A stretch of 64,000 nucleotides of DNA from Candidatus Tenderia sp. (GTDB lineage Bacteria; Pseudomonadota; Gammaproteobacteria; Tenderiales; Tenderiaceae): NCBI GenBank assembly GCA_031416075.1, contig JANOSY010000090.1, positions 8,288 through 72,287 of the forward strand. The letters run 5' to 3'. A model generated the notes under the pieces. The model worked only from the letters and a program-made list of their open reading frames with translations. It did not search any database and was not told the origin of the DNA. The translations under genes were made by a program, and so were the position numbers. Of the stretch, positions 19,830 through 30,134 are shown piece after piece (within the stretch, counting starts at the first letter, position 1; every line of letters begins with the position of its first letter).

Positions 19830-21992
19830 ATGGCAATCGATCTGAGCGACGAAATACTCCAGGATTTCTTGGTTGAAGCGGGTGAAATCCTTGAGACGCT
19901 GGGCGAGCAGCTTGTTGAGCTGGAGCAGCGGCCTGATGATCAAAATCTTCTGAACGCCGTATTTCGTGGTTTCCATACTGTAAAAGGTGGTGGTGGGTTT
20001 CTTAATCTAACAACACTGGTTGCTGTATGCCACCGTGCTGAAGATGTATTTAATCTGTTGCGACAGGGTGAGCGGCAGGTGAACGCACAGTTGATGGATG
20101 TCATTCTCAAAGTGACTGACATTGTTAATGAAATGATGGACAGTGTTCGCTCTGGTGAAGATCCTGACCCCGCCGATCCTGTTGTGCTTGAAGCGCTTGA
20201 TGCTATTATTCGTGGTGATGAGATTGGTGAGATGTCTGTTTCACCTCCAGCGGTTAAGATGATTTCTACTGTTCAGGCTGAAGATGTTATCGTGGGTAAA
20301 AACACGGGATCGAACACCAGTGCATCGAGTAATAACGACGAGATTAACGATGATGACTTTGAGGCGTTGCTGGATCAATTACAGGGTAAAATTGAAACAC
20401 CTCCCGTGTCTGCTGGTAATTTACAGAGCGGTAAGGGGCTCGCACTCTCCAATGATATTTCGGATGAAGAGTTCGAAGCGCTTTTAGATCAGATTGATAG
20501 TGATAAAAAAACAGACTCTCCAGCAGTAAAGGTTGTTCAAAAATCTCAGCCTGTCGTAGATAAACATGTGTCTAATAAGGATGAGATCAATGATGATGAG
20601 TTTGAGGCATTGCTGGATGATCTTAATTCAAAGAAAAATACTGCTGAAGTCGCTGCTGTTAAAAAAGAGCATTTAAAATCGGCGAGTATCGAAAAATCTG
20701 TTCCGGGAATATCTGTAGTATCGCCGCCACCCAAAAAAGTTACAGAGGTGGCGGCTAAGGTGGTTGCTGACCATGACCATGATACAAAACCTTCCAAGGA
20801 TGCCCCGGCCGTCGTTGAGACGACGGTTCGTGTTGATACCAAACGGCTTGACGATATTATGAACCTTGTGGGTGAGCTGGTTCTAGTTCGCAACCGGATG
20901 TCAACACTGAAAACCACTATGTCGGCTGACGATGAGGTGAGCAAAGCAATAGCTAATTTGGATATTGTCACTTCTGATCTCCAAGCGTCTGTCATGAAAA
21001 CACGCATGCAACCGATCAAAAAAGTATTTGGGCGGTTTCCACGCGTGGTCCGTGATTTGGCGCGCAGCTTGAAGAAAGAGGTTAATTTGGAACTGATTGG
21101 TGAAGAGACCGATCTTGATAAAAATTTGGTTGAGGCATTGGCGGATCCATTGGTGCATCTGATTCGTAATGCAGTTGACCACGGCATTGAGTGGCCCCAT
21201 GAACGTGAGCAGAGCGGGAAACCGCGCGCAGGTACCATTGTTCTTTCTGCACAGCAGGAAGGTGATCATATTCTTCTGGTGATTGAGGATAATGGTAAAG
21301 GGATGGATCCCAATTTTCTGCGTCAAAAGGCAGTTGAAAAAGGGATGATGGATGAGGATGGCGCGGCACGTCTTGATGACCGTGCTTGTTATAACCTGAT
21401 TTTTGCGCCGGGCTTCTCTACCAAAACAGAAATATCGGATGTCTCTGGCCGAGGTGTTGGCATGGATGTGGTCAAAACCAGAATCAATCAACTTAACGGA
21501 TCTGTTGAGATTGACTCTGTTCTTGGCCGTGGCAGCCGTATTGTTATTAAACTACCATTGACCCTGGCAATTATGCCTACTTTGATGGTGGTGTTGGGCA
21601 AACAAATTTTTGCATTACCGCTGGCTAATGTGAATGAAATTTTTGATATGGATTCCGCTAAACGTGGCAAGGTGGATGGTAAGGATGTTGTTATTATCCG
21701 TGATAAGGCTGTGCCACTGGTGAATCTCAGTCGCTGGTTGGCTAAAGACTATCCAGATTGCAAATCCGCTGATACGGGGCAGGGCTACGTTGTTGTTACG
21801 ACCATCGGTAATAAAAATATCGGTTGTGTTGTTGATAATCTTGTCGGCCAGGAGGAGGTGGTGATAAAACCTCTGGGTGCAATGTTGCAGGGAACTAAAG
21901 GAATTTCTGGTGCAACGATTACTGGTAATGGTGGCATTGCTTTAATTCTTGATATGCCCGGACTTCTTGAAGCCTACGCCAATAAACTATAG
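19830..21992 (+). CDS. cheA: Chemotaxis histidine kinase CheA
   Basis: Hpt FRGFHTVKGG, HLIRNAVDHGIE, GFST...SGRGVGMDVV, C-terminal CheW domain. Confidence 0.97.
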   Translation: MAIDLSDEILQDFLVEAGEILETLGEQLVELEQRPDDQNLLNAVFRGFHTVKGGGGFLNLTTLVAVCHRAEDVFNLLRQGERQVNAQLMDVILKVTDIVNEMMDSVRSGEDPDPADPVVLEALDAIIRGDEIGEMSVSPPAVKMISTVQAEDVIVGKNTGSNTSASSNNDEINDDDFEALLDQLQGKIETPPVSAGNLQSGKGLALSNDISDEEFEALLDQIDSDKKTDSPAVKVVQKSQPVVDKHVSNKDEINDDEFEALLDDLNSKKNTAEVAAVKKEHLKSASIEKSVPGISVVSPPPKKVTEVAAKVVADHDHDTKPSKDAPAVVETTVRVDTKRLDDIMNLVGELVLVRNRMSTLKTTMSADDEVSKAIANLDIVTSDLQASVMKTRMQPIKKVFGRFPRVVRDLARSLKKEVNLELIGEETDLDKNLVEALADPLVHLIRNAVDHGIEWPHEREQSGKPRAGTIVLSAQQEGDHILLVIEDNGKGMDPNFLRQKAVEKGMMDEDGAARLDDRACYNLIFAPGFSTKTEISDVSGRGVGMDVVKTRINQLNGSVEIDSVLGRGSRIVIKLPLTLAIMPTLMVVLGKQIFALPLANVNEIFDMDSAKRGKVDGKDVVIIRDKAVPLVNLSRWLAKDYPDCKSADTGQGYVVVTTIGNKNIGCVVDNLVGQEEVVIKPLGAMLQGTKGISGATITGNGGIALILDMPGLLEAYANKL

Positions 21993-22257
21993 ATCCTGCC
22001 TATGGCAAGGACCATCAACTTGATTGCGTTTAATTAGGTTGGTAAATAGTTGTTTGGTGTTAGTAGCAGGAAGTTTTGTTTGATTGATCAGGTTGGATAT
22101 GGAGTAGCCTTGACAACTTTATTTACCAGTGTAAACGGACAGGATAGTGTTTTGTATGTCCTGGATTCATCCGTTATCTTATATCCCTTTTCGGTGTGCA
22201 TTTTTCTGACCAAGCCATCTGTTTCTATACAGTTGCCGATAGGTCTGTATTAAAAAT

Positions 22258-23301
22258 ATGCCAGTCCGCGTTTTGATTGTTGATGATTCCGCATTTTTCA
22301 GACGACGTTTGATAAAAATCCTTAACAGCGATAGACATATTGAAGTGGTTGGGATTGCTGCAAACGGTCGTGAAGCGATTGCTCAGGTAGCGGCTCTTTC
22401 CCCTGATCTAATCACTATGGATATTGAGATGCCTGTGATGGATGGAATTGCTGCAGTGAAGCATATAATGCAGCGTCATCCTACACCGATTTTGATGTTC
22501 TCTGCCTTCACCACAGCAGGTGCCAAATCGACCCTCGATGCTTTGGAGGCAGGGGCAATTGATTTTCTTTCAAAGCGCATGGAAGATATTGCTATTGATC
22601 GAGAAAGTGCAGGTCGCCAACTGTGCGCACGTGTCAGGTTAATTGCTGCCCGTAGTTTACGAACATTACCGACAAAGACTCCTGTTGGCGCTGTTGTGCC
22701 ACCGCTACAGCGGAATGAAGTTAAACGTAAGGAGAGCTATAAGGCAGTGGTGATCGGCGCATCTACAGGTGGGCCAGTGGCTTTGCAGGAGGTTCTAATT
22801 AAACTGCCGAGTGATTTTCCATTGCCGATTTTACTGGTTCAGCATATGCCAAGTACATTTACACCGACCTTTGCAAAAAGACTGGATATGCTTTGTGCGA
22901 TTACGGTGAAAGAGGCGATGGATGGTGATTTGTTAAAACCAGGCACTGCCTATCTGGCACCAGGGGGAATGCAGATGTTATTGCAGGGCAAAGGGAGTGT
23001 GATGTCTATTCGCATAGTCGAGAGTGTTATTTCGCAAACTTATAAACCAAGTGTTGATGTGACTTTTGGCTCTGCAGCCAAGTTATTGGGCGCTAATGTA
23101 TTGGCCTTGGTTTTAACCGGTATGGGTGCGGATGGGCGCGAGGGTGCAAAACTGTTGAAGCGTGGTGGTGCGACGGTTTGGGCTCAAGATGAGGCATCGA
23201 GTGTTATTTATGGTATGCCCGGTGCTATAGCAGACGCTGGTCTGGCCGATAGAGTTGTTGCGTTAAAGGAAATCGGTTCGAATTTGCTGGATGCTGTTTA
23301 A
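22258..23301 (+). CDS. cheB: Chemotaxis methylesterase CheB
   Basis: Receiver domain plus GASTGGP, QHMP, LTGMGADG. Confidence 0.96.
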   Translation: MPVRVLIVDDSAFFRRRLIKILNSDRHIEVVGIAANGREAIAQVAALSPDLITMDIEMPVMDGIAAVKHIMQRHPTPILMFSAFTTAGAKSTLDALEAGAIDFLSKRMEDIAIDRESAGRQLCARVRLIAARSLRTLPTKTPVGAVVPPLQRNEVKRKESYKAVVIGASTGGPVALQEVLIKLPSDFPLPILLVQHMPSTFTPTFAKRLDMLCAITVKEAMDGDLLKPGTAYLAPGGMQMLLQGKGSVMSIRIVESVISQTYKPSVDVTFGSAAKLLGANVLALVLTGMGADGREGAKLLKRGGATVWAQDEASSVIYGMPGAIADAGLADRVVALKEIGSNLLDAV

Positions 23302-23304
23302 TAC

Positions 23305-24045
23305 ATGGATATTTTAACCCTCTTAGGATTGCTGATCGGTTTTGGCGCTATTATTGGCGGCAATATTCTTGAAGGCGGCCACACCAGTTCACTGCTGCAG
23401 TTGACTGCCTTTCTTATCGTGATAGGCGGTACGGTGGGTGCCGTTTTGATACAGACCCCTGTGCCTATCTTTATGCGGAGTTTAACGATGTCACTTTGGG
23501 TGTTAATGCCACCTAAGCTTGATCATAAAACGTCGGTTGACAAGATTATTAACTGGAGCAATATTGCGCGCAAGGAGGGTTTGCTGGGGCTGGAGGTTCT
23601 GGTGGAGGCGGAAAAAGATAGTTTTGCCAAAAAGGGATTACAGTTGCTTGTTGATGGCAGTGAACCGGATGTGATACGTAATATTCTGGAGGTAGAGCTG
23701 GGTGTAAAAGAGCACTTTGATACTCAGGCAGCCAAGGTATTTGATGGGTTGGGTGGGTACTCGCCCACAATTGGCATTATTGGCGCGGTCATGGGGCTTA
23801 TCCATGTGATGAATAATTTGGCTGATCCTAGTAAGTTGGGGGCTGGCATTGCGGTGGCTTTTGTGGCGACGATTTACGGCGTCGGTCTGGCCAATTTAAT
23901 CTTCCTTCCGATGGGCAATAAATTAAAAGCGATTGTTCATAATCAGACCCAATTTCGCGAGATGGTGATAGAGGGCATTATCTCTATTGCTGAGGGTGAA
24001 AATCCTCGCAACATTGAAACGAAACTTGAGGGGTATCTCCCCTAG
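23305..24045 (+). CDS. motC: Flagellar stator protein, MotA/MotC family
   Basis: ARKEGLLGLE, GGYSPTIGIIGAVMGLI, GENPRNIE; after cheB as in Pseudomonas motCD. Confidence 0.85.
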   Translation: MDILTLLGLLIGFGAIIGGNILEGGHTSSLLQLTAFLIVIGGTVGAVLIQTPVPIFMRSLTMSLWVLMPPKLDHKTSVDKIINWSNIARKEGLLGLEVLVEAEKDSFAKKGLQLLVDGSEPDVIRNILEVELGVKEHFDTQAAKVFDGLGGYSPTIGIIGAVMGLIHVMNNLADPSKLGAGIAVAFVATIYGVGLANLIFLPMGNKLKAIVHNQTQFREMVIEGIISIAEGENPRNIETKLEGYLP

Positions 24046-24167
24046 TTGGTGTCATAAAAACAGTGTTTTCTGTAGTCTTGAATTTTCCGCTATGGGCATG
24101 AATATTGCCTTCTCACTACGGAAGGTATTAATTTGACACTCCTACAGGAGAGGGCGATTTAAGATTT

Positions 24168-25226
24168 ATGGCACGTAAGAAGAGACATGAGGAGCACGAA
24201 AATCACGAACGCTGGTTGGTCTCTTATGCCGACTTCATTACGCTTCTGTTCGCTTTTTTTGTTGTTATGTATGCGCTGTCATCGGTTAACGAGGGAAAGT
24301 ATAGGGTTCTTTCAGACTCACTAGTCTCTGCGTTTAACAATCCACAAAAAGATCTTGATCCGATTAAGATGCCTGATCCGGTGCAAGCCCCAGCGGAGAT
24401 TGTTATCGGCTTTCCTTCACCAATGAGTCTCAATAATCAAGATCGCCCGCCTATCATCCAAAAGAGGAGTGAGCCAGCTGAGCCACAGCCACCTGCTGCT
24501 GACTCTCCGGACCAAAAGAACCTGGATAATATTGCGGATCAGCTCTCTTTGGCGCTCAACAAAATGATTGAAAAAGATCTGATTAAGGTCAATAAAAACG
24601 GTGATGGCATTGATGTTGAGATCAATAGTTCCATCCTTTTTAATAGTGGTAGTGCCCTTTTGCAGCCGCAGGCGGTGCCTGTTTTAACTGAGATTGCCAG
24701 GGTTGTGAAGGATTTTCCCAATGCGCTTCGGGTTGAAGGGTATACAGATGATATTCCTATTGAGACGCCTATGTATGCCTCCAACTGGGAGTTGTCCGCT
24801 GGGCGCGCTGCCAGTGTAGTGCATCTTTTTAGTGATGAGAGGGTCGATCCTTTTCGTATGTCGGCGACAGGGTACGGTGAGTATCGCCCGATTGCGGCCA
24901 ATACAACAGCGGCCGGGAGAAATGCAAATCGTCGTGTGGTGGTGATGATTCTTGCTCAGACAGCTGAACGGCCGATTGATCGGGGGACGCTACCAACATT
25001 AAAGGCAGCAGCAAAACCGGTAAGCAATGTCAATCTTGATGCCAAGACCCCTCTGTTGAGAGGCCGCAGTGCAGTTGGGGTGGATGGTGTGGTTGAAGAG
25101 AGACCGGTTCAGCAACAGAATGGTACAGCTGCTGGTGGTTCCATAGAGGCGATGGGAAATCTGCTGGAAGACATCTCACAACCACGTAGTGGTTCACCAA
25201 ACTCACCGCCCAGGGGTGGACAATGA
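24168..25226 (+). CDS. motD: Flagellar stator protein, MotB/MotD family
   Basis: RWLVSYADFITLLFAFFVVMY, OmpA-like domain (NWELSAGRA...NRRV). Confidence 0.85.
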   Translation: MARKKRHEEHENHERWLVSYADFITLLFAFFVVMYALSSVNEGKYRVLSDSLVSAFNNPQKDLDPIKMPDPVQAPAEIVIGFPSPMSLNNQDRPPIIQKRSEPAEPQPPAADSPDQKNLDNIADQLSLALNKMIEKDLIKVNKNGDGIDVEINSSILFNSGSALLQPQAVPVLTEIARVVKDFPNALRVEGYTDDIPIETPMYASNWELSAGRAASVVHLFSDERVDPFRMSATGYGEYRPIAANTTAAGRNANRRVVVMILAQTAERPIDRGTLPTLKAAAKPVSNVNLDAKTPLLRGRSAVGVDGVVEERPVQQQNGTAAGGSIEAMGNLLEDISQPRSGSPNSPPRGGQ

Positions 25227-26008
25227 AAGTATGGGCTGTGGCAAATCAGAAGGGTGGTGTGGGTAAAACTACCACTGCGGTGACGTTGGGCGGGCTGCTT
25301 GCAGCGCGTGGTTATAAAACGTTGCTGGTGGATATTGATCCACACGGTTCATTAACCTCCTATTTTGGGTATTCGGCAGATGCGGTGGAGCGTGGTGTTT
25401 ATACGCTGTTCCAACATCGTGAGAGTGATCCATCTATATTAATCAGTCCGACCCGTTTTGATAATCTGCAGATATTGCCAGCATCAATGGCATTGGCAAC
25501 ACTTGACCGGCAACTGGGTACCCAAAGTGGTATGGGATTGGTATTACATAAAGCGTTAAAACAGCTGAGTGGTCGTTATGATTATGCATTAATTGATTGC
25601 CCGCCAGTGTTGGGCGTATTAATGGTGAATGCATTGGCTGCCTGTGACCATCTGCTTATTCCGGTACAAACGGAGTTTCTGGCACTTAAAGGGCTGGAAC
25701 GGATGCTCAGAACGCTCAGCATGATTACACGTTCACGTAATATTAAATTACCGTTCACCATCGTGCCCACTATGTTTGATCGGCGCACGCGGGCCTCTAC
25801 CGAAGCGTTGCAGCAGTTGCAAAGTGAACATCAGAGTGATGTATGGTCTTCGGTGGTTCCGATTGACACCAAGTTTCGTGAGGCAAGCCGTGAAGGGGTG
25901 CCGCTCTCCATAATGCTTCCTCAGGCGCGTGGTGCAGTTGCTTATAATCAGTTACTGGATGTTTTATTAAGTGGTGTGGACGGTGAGCGCCGGTCAGTGG
26001 CGCTATGA
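25223..26008 (+). CDS. ParA-family ATPase (ParC-like chemotaxis array positioning protein)
   Basis: NQKGGVGKTTT, DCPP, PVQTEFLA; located within the che cluster. Confidence 0.88.
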   Translation: MKVWAVANQKGGVGKTTTAVTLGGLLAARGYKTLLVDIDPHGSLTSYFGYSADAVERGVYTLFQHRESDPSILISPTRFDNLQILPASMALATLDRQLGTQSGMGLVLHKALKQLSGRYDYALIDCPPVLGVLMVNALAACDHLLIPVQTEFLALKGLERMLRTLSMITRSRNIKLPFTIVPTMFDRRTRASTEALQQLQSEHQSDVWSSVVPIDTKFREASREGVPLSIMLPQARGAVAYNQLLDVLLSGVDGERRSVAL

Positions 26009-26676
26009 GTATTGTTGACAAAAAGGTAGTGTGTCAGCTGATTGAGCAGGAGCTGGCCCTCAAGACTTATCTCGATGCCCTGTTGTTTGAGGATAGCTTG
26101 CAGATAGAGAGTGAGGTTTTATCTGACTCGACCTTGCAGACCACCACAGCGCCTGTTGAATTCGATGTAACACCACCCTCCGTAGTGTTGCCGGAGTGGA
26201 GTAACGGTGAGTTTGAGAGTCTACACTTCAAAGTGGCGGGTGGATTAATGCTGTCAGTGCCGTTGGCCTGTTTGAACGGAATTGTGCCGTGGCCCGGAAG
26301 ATTAACGGCTGTGCCGGGGTATGCAGACTGGTTTTTGGGGCTGTTGGCAAGTCGTGGTTATCAGATAAAAATAGTGGATATAGCCAAATTTGTTATTCCT
26401 GAGAACCATCAAGCGCGTAGTCACTTGGTGGGGGGGGAGCGCCAGTTGAAACACATCATATTAGTTGATGATGGGAGGTTTGGTTTTGCGTGTGATGAGT
26501 TGGGTGGAATTCTTAAGTTGACTCAAAAACAGGTGCGCTGGCGTCATGGTAAATCTAGCAGGCCATGGTTGGCGGGGACCATTATAGAGCAGATGTGCGC
26601 ACTGCTTGATGTGGACCGTTTTGTTGCAATGCTAAAGGAAGGGGTGCCTCAGGACGACATATCTGATGGAGATTGA
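26005..26676 (+). CDS. CheW-like domain protein (ParP-like)
   Basis: CheW-like fold with V.WR....SRPWLAGT..EQMCALLD; lies between parA-like and cheW. Confidence 0.8.
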   Translation: MSIVDKKVVCQLIEQELALKTYLDALLFEDSLQIESEVLSDSTLQTTTAPVEFDVTPPSVVLPEWSNGEFESLHFKVAGGLMLSVPLACLNGIVPWPGRLTAVPGYADWFLGLLASRGYQIKIVDIAKFVIPENHQARSHLVGGERQLKHIILVDDGRFGFACDELGGILKLTQKQVRWRHGKSSRPWLAGTIIEQMCALLDVDRFVAMLKEGVPQDDISDGD

Positions 26677-26765
26677 TCCAGTAGGATGTCCTGCGTTTTG
26701 TATGATGGAAAAATTCCAAAAATAATCTCCAAACTGGGGCAAAAGATGAGCCGTGAGGGCTGGAA

Positions 26766-27242
26766 ATGAATCAGAGTGCAGCAGCTGAGAGTGATCAGAT
26801 AACTCAATGGGTCACTTTTCGTTTAGGCGAAGAGACCTATGGGGTGAATGTCATGCAAGTACAAGAGGTGCTGCGGATGACTGATATTGCCCCTGTTCCA
26901 GGTGCGCCAGATTACGTACTTGGTATTATTAACCTGCGTGGTAATGTGGTGACGGTCATGGATACACGCAAGCGTTTTGGCTTAATGCCAGCGGAGGCGG
27001 ATGACTCTACCCGTATTGTGATTATCGAAGCCGAAGATCAGGTGGTGGGGATTCTGGTGGATAGTGTTGCAGAGGTTGTCTATTTAAGTAACTCTGATAT
27101 TGAGATGGCCCCAAATGTGGGCAATGAAGAGAGTTCACGTTATATTCAGGGGGTAGCAAACCGGAAGGAAGGGCTGTTGATTCTTGTCGATCTTAACCGT
27201 TTGCTTACTGATGATGAATGGAAGGAGTTTTCCAATCTTTAA
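26766..27242 (+). CDS. cheW: Chemotaxis coupling protein CheW
   Basis: QWVTFRL..ETYGVNVMQVQEVLR...GIINLRGNVVTV. Confidence 0.96.
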   Translation: MNQSAAAESDQITQWVTFRLGEETYGVNVMQVQEVLRMTDIAPVPGAPDYVLGIINLRGNVVTVMDTRKRFGLMPAEADDSTRIVIIEAEDQVVGILVDSVAEVVYLSNSDIEMAPNVGNEESSRYIQGVANRKEGLLILVDLNRLLTDDEWKEFSNL

Positions 27243-27295
27243 TATTTGAGATGCGGCGGTGCAGGCTGTTCGGCGCAGGGACGGAGGTTCCTATT

Positions 27296-27469
27296 ATGGC
27301 AGCGATTGATACCAATCCATTAACACCTGTCTGGCCGCAGAGGCCAATACGCAAGATAGACCCCGAAGATAAAGGGGCAGAGCGGCGTCCACGGCAGAAA
27401 AAAGATGATGATGTAGATGATAATAATAGAGGTGACGACGGGTTACCTCGGATCGATGAGTATGCATAA
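27296..27469 (+). CDS. Small (57 aa) charged hypothetical protein ending in IDEYA
   Basis: GGAGG RBS 8 nt before ATG 27296; fills the cheW-DUF2802 gap. Confidence 0.6.
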   Translation: MAAIDTNPLTPVWPQRPIRKIDPEDKGAERRPRQKKDDDVDDNNRGDDGLPRIDEYA

Positions 27470-27490
27470 GGATGAACCTGTAAGGAATAC

Positions 27491-27877
27491 ATGATAGATC
27501 TGGCGTTGCTTACATTGATTTTTGTGGTGTTGCTGACGATGGTGGTGCTGATGCTTTACAGAAAGCACCGGCAATTGCGTGATGCCATTGTGGAAAATGG
27601 TCGGCAGTTACAGCATCATCAGCAAGAGCTGGCGGCCCTTTATGCGGGGGCTGCGGGTGTTGGTTCCCATCTGGTCCGTCTTGAAAATCAGATTCATGGC
27701 CTGACAGACCGGCAGGAGAAACAGGAGACTCATGATCCTGTGGCTCAAAATTACCATCTTGCGATTGACCTAGTGCATCAGGGGGCTAGTGCCCGCCAGT
27801 TGGTAGAGCAGTGTGGCCTGTTGCATGAGGAGGCAGAACTGCTGGTGCGGCTGCATGGACCACGACTGCCGGAGTGA
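27491..27877 (+). CDS. DUF2802-like protein
   Basis: N-terminal TM, coiled coil, Y..AI.LV..GA....LV..CGL...EAELL..LH; usual position after cheW. Confidence 0.8.
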   Translation: MIDLALLTLIFVVLLTMVVLMLYRKHRQLRDAIVENGRQLQHHQQELAALYAGAAGVGSHLVRLENQIHGLTDRQEKQETHDPVAQNYHLAIDLVHQGASARQLVEQCGLLHEEAELLVRLHGPRLPE

Positions 27878-28054
27878 TTAGCGCCGAGCGTTTTTACGAT
27901 TGACCGCCCTGGACGGCATTAAATTTACCCCCCCCGTTATAATCCTCCCGCCATTATGGTAGATATAAATTGCAATGGTTTTTATGCTCGTACTGTTTTT
28001 AGCCTTCTGCTGGATATCAGTCCTGCCATTATAAAAATGGGGTATTACACTACT

Positions 28055-29704
28055 ATGTTTCAGATTTCACGGAAACTGAATTGCGTTTCGGTCGTTCTAT
28101 TGGCCAATGTTTTAACCGCATGTGGCGGTGGTGTGGGGGAGCCGGCAGCACCTGTTGACAGTAATGTGAATGTTGGGACGGGGGGAGGTGCCACCTTGAT
28201 TGTGCCCGCCAGTGCAAAGTTGCCGTGGCAGTTTGATACATCGTTAGTGATGATATTGCGTAATGCCAAAGGGGAAATACTGACCAACATCAGCTGTCAG
28301 GCGGTTAAACCAGCGGCACTGATGGTGGACAGTGACTGTTCGGGGGCGGTTGGTTTGCAGCTTGGCTCACAGGAGATCACCGTGACCTCGGGTACTATCA
28401 GCGCCACTGTGACGTTACAGGTAACACCACAACGTCATTGGGCGGGGACCCGTGGTGTGACCTCCAGCTCAGGGTCTGGCGATTACAACCTGATGGTGAC
28501 TCCGTCAGGCAATGGGCTGACTTGGGGGGCTAATCCTTCCGGAGTATTGGGGCAGAATAAATCGGGGACTCAGTTGACCTTTTCAACGCTGCCGATTGCG
28601 GTCATGAACGCCAGCGGCGCACCATCATTGGACACTATATATATGGCCTCGGCAGGTGATAGCGCTGTGCTGGCGCTTTCTGAAGAGGGCAAGGTCTGGG
28701 GCTGGGGGGATAATAGCGCTTGGGAGCTAACAGCTCAAAATCCCCAATTTTCGTTATTGCCAGTGCGGGTGCGTAACTCAGCCAATTCAGCAGATCTTGA
28801 GCGGGTGGTTCAAACGGCCATTGGCGATAATAATGCCTTGGCCTTGCTGGATGATGGCTCGGTGTTGAGTTGGGGATATTACAGTGGCCAGACCATAGGG
28901 GCGTCAGCGCGTTATCCAGGGTCTGTGATGCGTGCTGATGGGGCACTGTTGACAGGTATTGTCGGTATCAGTGCCGGTTGGAACTACTCATTGGCACTGG
29001 CGGCGGATGGACGTGTATGGGCCTGGGGGTACAACTCCGAAGGCCGCACGGGTACAGGGGCTGTCACACCGCCTATTGCGTTAGCCACTACGGTTAAACT
29101 TGTGGATGGTCGTGATCTTACCAATATTGTTGCTATTTCAGCGGGTTATAACTTTGGCATGGCGTTGACTCGAAATGGTGAGGTATATGCTTGGGGAGAT
29201 AATCTGAGTGGTCAGTTGGGGCAGGGGTCTAAATTGTCTCAAATGATACCTTATGCTGTTCAGGTGAAGAGTGAGGGGGGCGCACCACTGTCTGACATCA
29301 CCATGGTGGCGGCGGGTGGCAGACATGCGTTGGCGATGACCTCATCTGGAAAGGTATTGAGTTGGGGTTTGAATAATGACGGTCAGCTGGGGCGTGGTCC
29401 AAATATTGCTCAAGGTACGGGTAGCCGGGATCTACCGACTCAGGTAGTTGGTGAAGCTGCACTTGGTCAGCTTGAGGGTGTGGTATCGATTGCGGCAGGT
29501 TATAACCATAGCCTTGCCCTTAAATCCAACGGTGGGGTGCTGGTATGGGGGACCGGTTTCAGAGGCAATACAGGCCAGGGCGGGACGGTAGAAAACCCTT
29601 TCTATCAGCCAACACCAATACTGGTTAAAAATATGGAGGGGACGGGGCCGCTGGTGCTGACGCCATTGACCGCCTATCCAAATCTGTTGCAACGGTTCCG
29701 TTAG
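28055..29704 (+). CDS. RCC1/BLIP-II repeat lipoprotein with an N-terminal Ig-like segment
   Basis: Lipobox LTAC-GGG; about 7 repeats of AG..HSLAL..DG.V.(A/S)WG.N..GQLG; start could be further upstream (27956). Confidence 0.82.
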   Translation: MFQISRKLNCVSVVLLANVLTACGGGVGEPAAPVDSNVNVGTGGGATLIVPASAKLPWQFDTSLVMILRNAKGEILTNISCQAVKPAALMVDSDCSGAVGLQLGSQEITVTSGTISATVTLQVTPQRHWAGTRGVTSSSGSGDYNLMVTPSGNGLTWGANPSGVLGQNKSGTQLTFSTLPIAVMNASGAPSLDTIYMASAGDSAVLALSEEGKVWGWGDNSAWELTAQNPQFSLLPVRVRNSANSADLERVVQTAIGDNNALALLDDGSVLSWGYYSGQTIGASARYPGSVMRADGALLTGIVGISAGWNYSLALAADGRVWAWGYNSEGRTGTGAVTPPIALATTVKLVDGRDLTNIVAISAGYNFGMALTRNGEVYAWGDNLSGQLGQGSKLSQMIPYAVQVKSEGGAPLSDITMVAAGGRHALAMTSSGKVLSWGLNNDGQLGRGPNIAQGTGSRDLPTQVVGEAALGQLEGVVSIAAGYNHSLALKSNGGVLVWGTGFRGNTGQGGTVENPFYQPTPILVKNMEGTGPLVLTPLTAYPNLLQRFR

Positions 29705-29718
29705 CAGGTAGAACCGTA

Positions 29719-30129
29719 CTACTCTGGCCGTTGCAGTGATGCAATTAGCGGGCAGTTAACCTCACCATGGGTGGCACAGCACTGTGCCACCAGCCGGGCG
29801 AGTACTGCTTCGATACGTTGCAGATTGGCCAGCTTGTTGCGTACATCTTCGAGTTTGCGCTCTGCCAGCTCGCGCGCCTCACCGCAGTGGGCGCCATCCT
29901 CCAGTCTTAGTAATTCAGCTATCTCGTCCAGGCTAAACCCAAGCTGTTGGGCTGATTTAATAAATCTCAGCCGTGCGATATCGGCATGACTATAACGACG
30001 GATGCCGCCGTAGGGTTTCTTTGGCTCCAGTAACAGCCCCTTGCGTTGATAAAAACGGATCGTCTCGACGTTGACCCCGGCCCGTTTGGCAAAGATGCCG
30101 ATGGTTAACTGCTCTGAAGGGTTGCTCAT
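29719..30129 (-). CDS. merR: Hg(II)-responsive regulator MerR
   Basis: [26 protein letters not shown]; Hg-ligand Cys in HCGEA, CCA and NCPLI. Confidence 0.93.
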   Translation of the reverse strand: MSNPSEQLTIGIFAKRAGVNVETIRFYQRKGLLLEPKKPYGGIRRYSHADIARLRFIKSAQQLGFSLDEIAELLRLEDGAHCGEARELAERKLEDVRNKLANLQRIEAVLARLVAQCCATHGEVNCPLIASLQRPE

Positions 30130-30134
30130 CTTGC

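Noticed and set aside
26430-26437. Homopolymer tracts as phase-variation sites (G8 here, C8 at 27928, G9 at 58167)
   Set aside because: They are short, in frame or not clearly within a promoter spacer, and two lie in housekeeping-type genes.
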